Positions 27,474-40,787 of a stretch of DNA of 64,000 nt are shown here, one piece after another. The stretch comes from Octopus vulgaris (taxonomy: Eukaryota). How positions within the stretch are numbered: the first letter of the stretch is position 1; every line of letters begins with the position of its first letter. The translations under genes were made by a program, and so were the position numbers. The DNA lies in NCBI GenBank assembly GCA_951406725.2, contig OX597816.1, positions 145,080,001 to 145,144,000 on the forward strand, in the 5' to 3' direction. The notes beneath the pieces are model-generated. The model saw nothing but the letters and a program-made list of their open reading frames with translations. It was not told where the DNA came from and did not search any database.

Positions 27474-29299
27474 GTATGAATGTATAATATGAATGTAAGT
27501 ATGTATGTATAACTATATATATATATATATCAATCGTATGCATATATACATATATGCTTCTAACTACACACACATATTCTTATGTACATAAGTGATTATG
27601 TGTATGTGTTTGTGTGTTTTATATCTTTAACTCGCCATTATTTTTTACTTTGTTCCAATTCCTTTCATTCCACCCCCATACCCTTTCTGACGTCCCCTTC
27701 TTAATTTCTGTCTTGAATTTTCTCTTTGTTTATTTTTGTCTTCATTCCTATAAATTATTTTTGTTCGTATTTGCTTTTGTTGCACTGTTCTTGTTCCTTC
27801 CAAGTCTACTTCATGTTTTATGTTTTGAGTAATAGTTCTACTGTGTTTACATTCAACAAGATAATCTGTCTGTCTTTGAATTGTTCTCCTTCGCTTCATT
27901 TCCTTTTGCTTCCTTTGTTTATTTTATATTTACTTTCAATCATTCTATTTTTTCCTATTTTTATCATTTATTTACATTTACCTGTATCGATTCTATATTT
28001 TATTCTATATTATCTTCTCCAAGACGTTTTTATTTCCGTGGTTATGTAGGATGTATATTTTCTCTTCCTTTAAAGTTTATTTTACACCGAATACCTGTCA
28101 AGTGGCAAGTTTGCAAGGTAAAGATTGTTTTGTTGTTTGCTTATCAGACTTCTCACAGAAATTCCCGTTCTTTTCGTCCTTATTTCCACAATCATTCACC
28201 ACAGAAATTTAAGAAGTTCTTTCTGGTTGTGACAGTCCTAGACTTATTTATCGCCTGTAGCATATGAGTTATTCAACTATGTTCTCTTCCAGGAATTCAA
28301 GTTCAGCCAAACTTAGTTGATATTACGTTAGTATTTATCTTGTAGGTCTAATAATAATGCACTTACACGTATACAATGCGTAAATAACGGAGACAAGACG
28401 AAAAACTGTATATGATATAAAATATGAATTCTAAATATGACTGAGTAAGGGAGGTAATTCCAAGAACCAACAATTCTTCGAAGCTGATACAAAATCAGGG
28501 AAAAATAGTTTATTTTTGTTTTCTCTGAACTGAAGAGAACATCTTTGGACGCATGTAACGAACTCATTATGCTCCATCTCCCAGAGGCTGTCATATATTG
28601 TCTCCAGTAGACGTAAGCTTCAGGTATATATAAAAGAAGTAGAGAAAAAGTTGGCCTCAAGTACTATAGACATATAATTAAAACAAAATTATGAGAAATA
28701 ATTCAGAATAGCCAGTGGCTTTAATTTGTCAAATGAGGTAAACAATTATTAAATACCATAGAATATATTTAGAGAGTGTGAAAATGTATGATGAATGCGC
28801 AGACACACACGAACACACACACATCTGTAAACATATGTGTAAACTCACTTACACAAGGACACATACAAACTTATATATATATATATATATATGTATATAC
28901 ATATCTGTGTGTGTTGTGTGTGTGCGCTCGTGTGTGTGTGTAGATGTACATATACGCACAATAGACACTGTATGTACATATGCGTATAAAATTAACAAGA
29001 TCATTTTTGACGCATCTAAATTAACAAATACTAAAATGCTTCATAAAACAACAAGAATTACTCACCAGGAATATAGTTTTTTCTCTCTTCTTTTTATCAA
29101 ATGAAATAGCATAACTAAAATAATAAAGAGCGACAACTTCAAATACAATACACAGAAGCAGACACAAAGAAAATAAATCTCAGTTTGAAATATCTCAACA
29201 AAAAACTGATAATAATAATAAACAATATATCATAGAAAATAAAAGAAGAAAGGAAAAAAAATTTGCAAATATTTGCACATAACGTAAACCACTGAATTA

Positions 29300-30600
29300 A
29301 ATTTATAACACTATATACACTAATTAGCAGCATTGGTAGCATCAATGGCGACCGCATTTATCAGATCTTTCTTGAAAATCAACTATCAAATTCCATACAA
29401 AAACAGCAACAAACACATAAAAAAGCACAGACTTTCACCTGGTCATTGGCCTCCACCTTTTCCTTCTAACTCATGGACAAAAATGTGATAGGGAAATCTA
29501 AAATCTAAACCAAAAGTATCTCATGATTAGGCAAAAACTTGAATGTAAATCATACTTTCTAGCAGCTAAAGGAATAGCGGCAAATACTCCTGTCAACGCA
29601 GTGAATTTCTGAGAAACTGACAGCAAATTAATAACCTGAATTTAAGTTATATTATACTGGCACCTCATCTCCCATGCATCAGACAAAAATGTTGGAAGCG
29701 TTAATTCTCAACATCACTTACATTCACACCCCAGAAGAAAAAATGAATAACGTTAGTCACAAACATTAAAATAATAGAACAAAACAGTCATAATGAATTC
29801 ACTAACACAGTACCACCTATGTATAACATTCTAATTACACCTGATATCAGCATAAATTTCAACACCATTCCTTGCTGTCTACCTATATATACAATACTCA
29901 AAATATTCTTAAGTAGCAACTTAACATTCTGGTTAGCAAAATACTTGTCAAGCTGCTAAGTTCTTGTGTACAAATTAGCACTTACAAAATCTATTGTCTC
30001 CTTTCTTAGCAGTAACACCAGTATCTAGACTCTGCAGTTATCAAATAAAATACCGCAAGGGCACGTTCTCTCAGCCATTTTGTTCATTTTAATCTATACG
30101 GCTTTTCAAAATCTATAAAGTACGTAAAGTAGATTTCCTTCCTAGAGGTCATCACATTCCCATCTCCTTAATATTCTATAGACGCGGTTACATAACCCTA
30201 CATATCTAACCTAGAAACTTAGTTCCCACAAAACAAATTGAAATGGCGCCTAGAATATTAATTGTTTCCTTTCTTATCAGTAACACGAAATAAACTGCTC
30301 CTCCACTTTAACAATATACAGAAGACAAAGTAATGACGCAAAAGGTCTCATAAGCATAATTAAGTTTACTTGTACAACTTTTGGTCAACAGAAGGAAATA
30401 CTGGACATAATAAGCGATATTGCCTTATATAATACAAGGCTGCGTATGGAAAAGACAAAGTGACTCTCAGCTGAACGGAAACACGCTATAACTTCAAAGA
30501 CAGATATCTAAATAGTCAAACATCAATCGACTGACTAAATGGTGAATGGCTGTTGTCTAAAAATAAAGTGAGGCTGCACAACAACAGCAGTAGCAACAAC
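29300..30600 (+). mobile_element. Ancient non-LTR retrotransposon RT remnant
   Basis: Frame fragments KMLEALILN (~29690) and NKIPQGHVLSAILF (~30045-30090, a PQG.VLS motif) occur in RT order. Many stops. Boundaries are uncertain. Confidence 0.55.
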
Positions 30601-30921
30601 ATTATGTATAATTTCAGACAATTACAAAGCTCCATGCCTTCTAACGGTGTATATTCATTCATTTAGTATGAGAGAGGAATGGAGAACCACAGACACGAAC
30701 GCGCGCGCACATACACACATACACACACACACAGACATATGCTTGTTTGTGTGTGTTTTATGTACACGGCGAAACTGCGAAACACAAAATTTATCAGCTG
30801 TCTACATATGCCTCAAGATGATTGACGATAGCTTCCTTTGTTCACTTGTGTTCTATGATGTCCATAAACACATTGTATATATCTAGACCTTTAAACATTT
30901 ACTCTATCTATCTATCAATCA

Positions 30922-31001
<80 letters not shown>

Positions 31002-31089
31002 GTCTGTCTGTCTGGCCGTCTGTCTGTCTAACCAGCTACTTATCTACATAACATTCCATGTGTGCATGTGTGTGCCTTATATTTTGCAT

Positions 31090-31120
<31 letters not shown>

Positions 31121-31189
31121 TATCTCTCTCTCTCACACACACACACACTATCTCTCTTTCACACACACATGTATATATGTATCTTGTGT

Positions 31190-31375
31190 GTGTTTGTCTC
31201 CCAACCGGTGCTGGTGTGTTTACGTCTTCTTAATATAGCGGTTCGGCAAAAGAAACCGATAAAATAAGTACCATGCTCAGCAACTAAGAGTAAGCCTTGG
31301 GGTCGATGTGTTCAACTAAAACCCTTCAAGGCAGTGCTCCAGCATAGCTTCAGTCAAATGACAGAAATAAGTAAT
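31190..31375 (+). mobile_element. SINE family B, 3' half
   Basis: GGTGTGTTTACGTC..AGCGGTTCGGCAAAAGA.ACCGAT..GGGGTCGAT..GTGCTCCAGCAT..CAGTCAAATGAC. Confidence 0.85.
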
Positions 31376-31509
31376 ATATATATATATATGAATTTTACAT
31401 TTCTACATACAAACATCCATCCATCCATACATATACACATAATGTATATACATATTATGTTCTTATCTCTCTCTCTCTCTCTTATATATATATATATATA
31501 TATATATAT

Positions 31510-31592
<83 letters not shown>

Positions 31593-31595
31593 GTA

Positions 31596-31632
<37 letters not shown>

Positions 31633-33499
31633 TGTGTATATATATATATACACGTACGTATTCTTCCATCTTGAAACATGTTTTTGATTGAGTTTATTTT
31701 GTCTTTATCTATTTATAGGAATGTGTAATTATATTTACGAAAAGAGGAACTAGAAATCGTTTAACAAATATAGAATATTGATCATTACAAGATGGCAAAA
31801 GAAAGATTAAGAGAACTTCGCTGATTCTAAAGAACGTCAGTGGCTAAACTGGGGAGAGAAACGGAGAGAAAAGGAGAGATAGAGAGAGAGAGAGACGGTG
31901 TGAAGGAGAAGGAAAGTTAGAATAAATAATGGAAAGATGTTGAAGCAATAACGATTGGTAGACAAATAAGAGAAATAGAAATACAAACAGAGAGATAGAC
32001 AGACTGACAGTTAAAAAAAAAAAGAACAACAATTTTCTATGTTAGGCGCACTGGTAAATGCAAAGTTGAGATGATGGATGTGAATCACAGAAGTTGTAGG
32101 GAGATAGATCGATAATTATATAGTTATTTAGAGATCGAAACTAGATATAGAAGGAATATGTTAGGGGAAAATAAGAAGCAGAGATATAGGAAAGATAAGA
32201 AACTAAAGTATGATGTACAATACGAGCAAACTGAGCGACACATAGATAAAGAATCTAAGAGACATCGTAATAGAAACTCTCAGAGAAGTGACGAGATAAG
32301 GTAGTCGAACGAACAGGGATAAACAGAAGGAAACTCAGAATCAGATATAAGAGGAGAGTGAGGGCAGGTGATAAGAGGAAGATAGACAAAAACAAATAAA
32401 CGTCTGAGATAGACAAGAATTGAAGCGAGGGGAAGAAATATGTAGAATAAAAGCAAAGAGCTGAGAAGAGACAGAGGGAGAACACATAATATGATGATTG
32501 ACAACGAGGGAACTAACAGAGGAATGTGAGAGAATACGAAAGTAAAAGAAAGAGATTATAGCAAAACCAAATATATGAGATAGTGAGGCAAATATAGGGA
32601 AACAAAAGAAAGGAGTGGGGAACGTCTGAGGTAGGGAAAATCTCATAAGTTGTCTTGCAGAAACGAAGGAAACTAAAAGACTGTATATGAGAAATTGATC
32701 TTGAAATCTCGAAACAAATACAATAAGACGATAATTGATTGATAGATAAATCTATTGATTGATTAGGTGATTGATTAACTGAACAAATATACACGAAATG
32801 AAGTTATGGTCAAACAAAATCTGTTGCAGAAACCACAATCTTAAGAGAAAAGGGAAGGGAAATATAAGTTTGAGTGTATGTGACAATAAAAAGAGAGAGC
32901 AGTAGAGTGGTAGGGAGAGATGGCGTAAGAGAGAGAGGAGACAGCAAAGAAAGAAGGAAGTCAAATGCATACGTGTGTGTGCGCGTACGCACACCTGTGT
33001 ATAACACAAATTGACAGATTCATTTAAGATATATTTCGTTGCGATATTTCTATTCTGACTCAGTGTTACCGGAGTTCAAATTTTGTCGAGGTTAACATTG
33101 AAATGTAGCATTTCGGAGTCGATGTATAAACCTCCATCCAAGCTACTGATTTGACGAAACTGTGATTGGATTGGGAAAAATGCGGCCATTTGTTTTCTGA
33201 TGGCAAGAACTGCTACGCCATCGGTGCTGACCTATATCTGCAGCCTTTTTATGGATACATATCAGCAACATACAGAGAGACTCTCATGTATGGGCGGTTG
33301 GCATACACGCACACACGCACGCATAAACACACAAATATAGATAGATAAATAGATAAATAGGAAGATAGATAGACTGATAGATATGTATGAATTCGCATGC
33401 AAATATATGTATTATGACATCATAGAGTCACACACACATAGTATTCGGATGAATGTAGAAATACGTGTATGAATGTTCTTGTGTATATATATAATAATA

Positions 33500-33993
33500 A
33501 ATGCGCCCTTTTAACGCCTAGCCTGGCCCATGGGCTCAGTTTCCCGGTTTCTATGGCGTATGTGTTCCCCAGCTGGACGGGATTCCAGTCCATCGCAGCG
33601 TTACTCATTTTTGCCAGCTGAGTGGGAGTGGAAAACGCGAAATGAAGTGTTTTGCTCAAGAACACAACGCGTCGCCCGGTCCAGAAATCGAAACCACAAT
33701 CTTACGATCATGATGCTGACACCCTAACCACTAAGTCAAGCGCCTCCACATTATATACGCCCTTTTAAAGCCTAGCCAAGCTCATGGGCCCGGTTTCTAT
33801 GGCATATGTGTTCCCCAGCTGGACGGGACTCCAGTCCATCGCAGCGTTACTCATTTTTGCTAGCTGAGTGAACTAGAACGACGTGATATGAGGTGTTTTG
33901 CTCAAGAACACAACGTGTCGCCCAGTCCAGGAATCGAAACCACAATCTTACTACCATGGTGCTGACACCCTAACCACTAAGCCACGCGCCTCC
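33500..33993 (-). mobile_element. Two tandem full-length family C SINEs (33500-33750 and 33757-33993)
   Basis: Two ~240-bp diverged copies, each with a tRNA-like head on the minus strand (GTGGAGGCGC.TG.CTTAGTGGTTAGGGTGTCAGCA..GGTTTCGATT) and a CTAGGC.TTAAAAGGGCG tail. Confidence 0.9.
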
Positions 33994-34081
33994 ACACACA
34001 CACATACAGACACACATATATTCATATATACGTGTGTGTGTTTGTGTGTGTGTACATGTGTGTGCGCGCGCGTGTGTGTGC

Positions 34082-34136
<55 letters not shown>

Positions 34137-34860
34137 TGTGTGTGTAAGTGTGTGTATACATACGTATATTTATACTCTGCAATTATGATCAATATCTCAT
34201 GTAGGTTCATTTTTTGTAGCACAGCTGAATACTTTTTTCATCATTTCAAGTTCCTTCTTGAACGAAAATCGTCAGTTTGTACCTGAGCTGAGAATTATCA
34301 CCAGTACTAACTTATTTTTATGGTGAAACACACTATAAAGTCCGGATTCTAATCTTGCGGTTTGTCTTAATATTTACATAAGGTAAATTAATTTGCCACC
34401 TAAAAGGTTTTCTAGATCGCATTTAGATTATATTCGCCAAGTATATGAATCATGTTTCGTTTTTTATGGTAGGGTTTAATATACGGAACATTCCATCCGT
34501 ACATCGGGAAATTTTTTACACTTCAATTCATGAATACCATGCTGAGAACACCAACAAAACATCTACGCCGAAATTACCAACATACTATTATTTAAATGCA
34601 TCACATCACTGTGTTTCTAATTTTATACTTTCCTACTAGTGGAACTAATATTTTAATGGCGAATTTAAAGCTGATTTCACGCATACTAACGTATGATTTT
34701 CCAGTCATTATACTGCTCGCTTTAGACGTCCTAATTGATATTGTTCACTAAATGTCTGTCATTTACTGATCATAACTCTTTACGCTTGTATTTCACTCAG
34801 GCCGCTGGCGTGTTCAAAGTAGATCCACTGTCTTTGTCCATTATGAAACTGCCAACGTTC

Positions 34861-35090
34861 GGCAGGCGAGCTGGCAGAAACGTTAGCACGCCGGGCGAAA
34901 TGCGTAGCCGTATTTCGTCTGCCGTTACGTTCTGAGTTCAAATTCCGCCGATGTAGGCTTTGCCTTTCACCCTTTCGGGGTCGATAAATTAAGTACCAGT
35001 CACGCACTGGGGTCGATGTAATTGACATAATGCAGTTGTCTGTCCTTGTTTGTCCCCTCTAGGTTTAGCCCCCTGTGGGTAGTAAAGATA
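34861..35090 (+). mobile_element. SINE family A, full length, tail type 1
   Basis: GGCGAGCTGGCAGAAACGTTAGCACGCCGGGCGAAATGC..GAGTTCAAATTCCGCCG..GGGGTCGATAAATTAAGTACCAG..GTGGGTAGTAAAGA. Confidence 0.92.
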
Positions 35091-35693
35091 CATTCAATGA
35101 TTCGTAATGAACAAAAGTATTTAGAAAATTCTTATAAAATAATGCTACGAAGTTGTACTATGTTTATCTTAACTTTCCTGTTAAAAATATATCAAACCAG
35201 ATTACGTTAGGTTTGTAAAATATGTTTCCTGCTTAGTGAGAATCTATTTTTGTATATTACCATTTTCGAATGAGTTTTTGAATTATGACGACATATCAAA
35301 AAAATTTTAAAACAATCTTCTAAAAATAAGGGAGAAAATTGGCTAGACTCCTTTGTAAAGTTTCAAGTGGAAGGAGAACGTGGCAGCACAAGAACGAGAA
35401 TAATAAAGTGAAGACAGCAAAATGATAATTGTTTAGCTTTTGTCAGAGTAGTTGAGGAAAATTTGGTCATATGGATTTAGTATAGTATTCGTTTAAAAAT
35501 TCACAGAAAGTTATTTAATGCGAGAGAGACTTGCTGAAGGCCGGAGAGTAAAACCAACGAAATGTGACTAATAACTGAGATTCACACGCTAATCAAAATA
35601 TATCCGGGTGTGAGTGGATATATACATGCACACACGCGCGCACACACACACGCACGCATGTATCCATGTATGTGTATGTAAATACATTCGTAC

Positions 35694-35726
<33 letters not shown>

Positions 35727-36142
35727 CTTTTACAGACACAAACATACACACACAAATATATACATCTTAAATTAAAATGCATAGTACGCTTTCAAACCGC
35801 AAATTTACATAAACAAGAAATGTGTATTAGCGATTGTCAAGATCAAATAAATGAACATGGTAATGCAAATAGTAGAAAATATGTAGATTACCACTTGATC
35901 TAGATAGAAAAGTTGCTGGTATATCTTGATAGAAGCAGATCAGAAGCTAAGATAAATATTTCATGGACACTGGTAAATAAATATCAGAACATAGAATCAA
36001 CACATAAGAGAAGTCGTGGAAGAATTACAAATCATTCTGTCTTTCGTTAAGTAGAATATATATTACAAAAATAAGGCAGATGTTAACAGTACATAATATA
36101 GTATTGGAAGGTACAGTATTGGAAGTACAGGTACATAATATA

Positions 36143-36221
<79 letters not shown>

Positions 36222-36434
36222 TATATATATATATGTATGTATGTATGTACAGATTTATTATATATATAATTATATTATATATATATAATATATATATAAT
36301 AATATATATAATATATATATATGTATATATGTATGTATATATATATATATGTATGTATGTATGTATGTGTGTGTGTATGTGTGTGTATGTGTGTATATAT
36401 ATATATGTGTGTATATATGTGTGCCTATGTATAT

Positions 36435-36528
36435 GCGTTAAAGTAATACATCTGTTTGTTGTTTACACACCCGTCTTCGTCGGGAAAAATGGAAACGTCT
36501 TTTACTTTCCGAACCTACGCTCTTGGAA
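36435..36528. mobile_element. Rearranged fragment of the hammerhead-bearing family (one half inverted)
   Basis: 36435-36481 resembles 38070-38110 on the plus strand, and 36480-36524 resembles the reverse complement of 38025-38070. Confidence 0.5.
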
Positions 36529-36529
36529 T

Positions 36530-37729
36530 TAATAGGCAGAATAGAATAAACGTGTTGAAGGGGTCGGGATAAACTACTTATATCAACTTGCTATAAAAGC
36601 AGGTAGTAATTTTAACTTAAACTTATTCTTAGTGCAAGTTTTGAAGAGTGCAGTTCAATTTTAACCGTTACTTTTTGAAAGCTATAATGGAAGTGACAAA
36701 GGAGCATATTTGGCATATTTTGTTTTATGAATTCAATAAAAGCAACAATGCAGTGGAAAATGCGAGGAGTATTAATGCCGTATATGGGGATCGGACAATA
36801 AACGTAAGCCAGTGTCAATGGTGGTTCGAGAAATTCCGAGCTGGAAACTACAGCCTGGAAGATCTGTAGAGCTCGACGAGGGGGTCCTGCAAACCCTGGT
36901 GGAACAAAATCCCAACGTAACTGTTGAGGAACTAGCAGAGAAGCTTGGATTTGGTCATTCAATCATTCCTCAACATTTGCGTACCATCGTGAAAGTAATA
37001 AAAATTGGGTCAGTGAGTTACTTACAAACATTCCGATTCTAATCGCGCATAGAGTGAATGTGTGTCCTTCTTTGTTGTCATGTCTCAGGAATGAACCTTT
37101 TTGACCGAGTAGTGACTGGTGACGACAAATGGGTTCTCTATAAAAATGTCAAGCACCGAAGGTAGGGAAAGGAGAGACATCGGCACTCCGGCCTAAAGAA
37201 GGACTGCACGCACGAAAATGTTATCTCTCTTTGTTGAGATATATAAGTTTTAGTCCACTTTGAACTTTTAAACCCAAACCAAACGATAATAAAGGAGGTC
37301 TGCTGAGAGCAGCTTGTGCGGCTTAAGTCAGTGCTAGAAGAAAAACGACCATCTTTGGCTTCAAGACGAAAGGTGTTCTTCTATCAAGATAATGCTCGGC
37401 CACATACAGCGAGGTGAACTAGTTTGAATGGGAAGCGATGCTCCACCCACCGGACATTGCCCCATCTGATTATCATTTATTTCGCCCTCTTCAAAAGCAT
37501 TTGGACGGAAAAAATATGAATTATGTAGTCGAAGTCAGAACAGTACCGGAGGAGTATTTTTCATCAGGGACAAGTGTATTTTGGAACAGGGGCCTTGCAA
37601 GTCTACCAGATACACGTAACAGCATTGCAGAAAATGAAGGAGAGTATGGGATTAAAACAAAAACTTTGGTTATCTTAAATTTGAAAAATAAAAGTATAAA
37701 AAAACCGCATTATCTATGGGATGACCCGG
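36530..37729 (+). mobile_element. Decayed mariner (Hsmar1/Mos1-like lineage) lacking its 5' TIR
   Basis: From the ATG at 36687: MEVTKEHIWHILFYEFNK..WFEKFRAGNYSLED, VTGDDKWVLY, QDNARPH and PDIAPSDYHLFR across frameshifts. The 3' TIR is AAAACCGCATTATCTATGGGATGACCCGG followed by TA. Confidence 0.92.
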
Positions 37730-37809
37730 TATATACCATGTATATACATATACTATATACATTATATATACATATATATATTTATGTATATATAGATATA
37801 CACATATAT

Positions 37810-37840
<31 letters not shown>

Positions 37841-37885
37841 CATAAATACATATATATATATGTATATGTGTATATATACTTACAT

Positions 37886-37935
<50 letters not shown>

Positions 37936-37945
37936 ATATTTATAT

Positions 37946-38152
37946 AATCACATGCAAATTGTTCGTGATTTTCTTCACCCATCTTCCTTTTCTCTTGGAG
38001 TTCCTCGGTCTCCTGTTTATGACGAAGAGCTTTGCTCGAAACATAAAACCACCTTTCTTCCCTTCCCTGAGCGTCAGCTAATACGTTGCATGCACCTTGC
38101 GTTGTTGTTTTATCTTATTTTTGCTCTTCGTTTTTTTTGGGGGGATTTACTA
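37946..38152 (+). mobile_element. ~200-bp hammerhead-bearing element, copy 2, embedded in (TA)n
   Basis: Homologous to the reverse complement of 22855-23055, with TA-rich microsatellite on both sides. Confidence 0.7.
38015..38049 (+). ncRNA. Minimal type-I hammerhead ribozyme motif (C3 mutated to A)
   Basis: gttt-aTGACGA-a-gagc-ttt-gctc-GAAAC-a-TA-aaac. Stem I (gttt/aaac) and stem II (gagc/gctc) pair perfectly. Confidence 0.62.
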
Positions 38153-38177
38153 TATATATATGTATATATACACAGAT

Positions 38178-38329
38178 ACAGGTGGTGCTATTAAGACCAG
38201 GTGGTGCTATTAAGTCCAGGTGGTGCTATTAAGACCAGGTGGTGCTATTAAGCCCAGGTTGTGCTATTAAGTCCAGGTGGTGCTATTAAGACCAGGTGGT
38301 GCTATTAAGCCCAGGTGGTGCTATTAAGT
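38178..38329 (+). repeat. 8 x 19-bp tandem array CCAGGTGGTGCTATTAAG(A/C/T)
   Basis: Direct reading. It runs into a CR1-type LINE 3' tail at 38330-38380. Confidence 0.97.
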
Positions 38330-38393
38330 TAGACATGGCCTGGGCCAATACTGGCCAAAACCTTTCTATGTTATTCTAAGTTATATTTATATG

Positions 38394-38435
<42 letters not shown>

Positions 38436-38609
38436 TATATATATATATGTATATGTATATGCATGTATATATGTACATATATGTATATATATGCATGTAT
38501 ATATATATATACATATATATATGTATGTATATATATATATATTATATATGTATATACATGAATATACTATGTATGCATATATATAGTATATGAATATATA
38601 TATATAAAA

Positions 38610-38665
<56 letters not shown>

Positions 38666-38774
38666 TGAGTGTGCAATTTTTAGGAAAGATCCAGGGCAAT
38701 AATTACAATGTAGCTAAATGTTGCTTAAGTTTCCTAGGAAACAATTATCACATTTTGTGATCGTCGCTCACATG

Positions 38775-38928
38775 GATGCCAGTGTTTCACTGGTACTTAA
38801 TTTATCGACCGCAAAAGGATGAAATACTAAGTGGACCTCGGTGGAATTAGAGTTCAGAACGTAGCGGCAAAAGCAATACCGCCAAGTATTTCGCTTAACG
38901 TGCAAACGATTCTGCCAGTTCGCCGCTT
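38775..38928 (-). mobile_element. SINE family A
   Basis: CTGGTACTTAATTTATCGACC..GACCTCGG.GGAATT.GA.TTCAGAACGTA..TTCTGCCAGTTCGCCGC. Confidence 0.85.
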
Positions 38929-39354
38929 TTCATCATTTGAAAATAACGATGGAATTTGAATAGAAACCGGTCTAATGATAAAGCCTTGTCACAAATTACG
39001 TCAAGATGATTTTATCTCAGTATTACTCTGAAGAGACTCGTGTCAGTGAAATGCACAGCAACTTACACATTAATTGAGGAGGTTATTCAGGTGATCGAAC
39101 AATTGATTTCTTATCGTCGAACGACAGTGATCCATCACACCATATCATACATATACATATATTTAGATGCATTTTGTTAAGAGCATACACACATACCTGC
39201 ATACATACACACATATACATTCATACATGCATGCATACATACATACATACATACATACATGCATAACATACATGCATACATACATAAATACATACATACA
39301 TACATACATACATGCATGCATAACATATATACATACATACATAACATACATACA

Positions 39355-39386
<32 letters not shown>

Positions 39387-39521
39387 AGGTTAGTTTCAAT
39401 ATATATATGAGAACCCAATAAGGTTCGAAAATCGATTAAAGTTGCACATCATTTTTTCAGACTGGGGAGAAATAGCTAAAATTTGCCCTGTTTATAAAAT
39501 TATACCATATGTTACAAATAT

Positions 39522-39628
<107 letters not shown>

Positions 39629-39959
39629 AGAAAGGTTGAGTTCCATTTCATCGTTTTACTTTGGTGGGGCCTAAAGTTAGATATCTAATAAAGATTCTTC
39701 ATATTAAATTGGTAGCTTACTACTATGAGTATTTTAAAAAAAAAACATGAAAATGTTACAAGTATAACGTTATGAGCATTTATAGATCACGTATCCTATA
39801 TAAACTCAACAAACAATTGAAGATGGAAAAGAGAAGATATTAAAAGTTTTATAAAATTTTAATCCATGCATACGATCGTTTCGAATGGTAACACCAACAT
39901 GTAAGAAACATGGAAAAGATTAAATTAATTAATTACAATTATAATTAATATTGTTATAT

Positions 39960-40787
39960 TTCGGAATGGTCATATTGCCAGTTTAGCCAATAAAAACACA
40001 CGCACTATATATTTGGTGTTATTTTGCTTCAGTGATATTTATTTTTTACATTAATCTTAATCTTATTTCGGCCAGAGTTCTTTCGTCACACTCCTGTGAC
40101 CGCATCAGTGGTCCTTTGTTTTCTTCTTTCCTATTTGTTTGTGTCTCTCCTTACTAACCGTCAGCCATTTAAATTAATTACATATTACCATTCACCTCAG
40201 CGCAAAAAGAAGAATACATCAGAAAGAATCAGAAGTATATTATGTTGTTACAGAAGCCTATATGGAGTCCGTGTCACATAACTCATTCGGATATCATAAT
40301 ATGATTAAAGATGAAATATAATAACTTGCTTAGGTAGTGTTGAGTCTGTAAGAACTAAATATTATTTATATTGGAATGAATTATGTGACACGGACTCCAT
40401 ATAGTCTTCTGTAACAACAATATTCTTCTGATAATTTTTTTTTCGTTAGAGGAGACATGTATTTGAAAGAATGAAGTAGAGAGATTTGGTACAGAGAAAT
40501 TAAAAGTAATAATTGTTGGAATCCGGGTCGAAGAAATGGGAAACAGGGATAGCAGAATTTACATACGCCTATAAATTACCTTTCGGTATAAATGCAGTAA
40601 TGAAAGTATCCTAGGAAGCGTAGATGTGTTGCAAATAAGGGCTGAGAAATTCGTGTTTCTGTGCGAAATTGGACGTGTGGCCTGCGTGAGATTAAGAGAG
40701 GTGATATGTGGGACTTAATTTGGAATGAAAATATCGGATATTTGAGAAGAAAGAGAATTAGTCTTGGTATTAGAGCTTACTAATGCG

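Noticed and set aside
34861-34950. tRNA genes
   Set aside because: The A/B-box-like heads continue into SINE bodies and do not form complete cloverleaves.
38178-38329. CRISPR-like array of 19-bp repeats
   Set aside because: The units are contiguous with no spacers, there are no cas genes, the context is eukaryotic, and the unit matches a LINE 3' tail.
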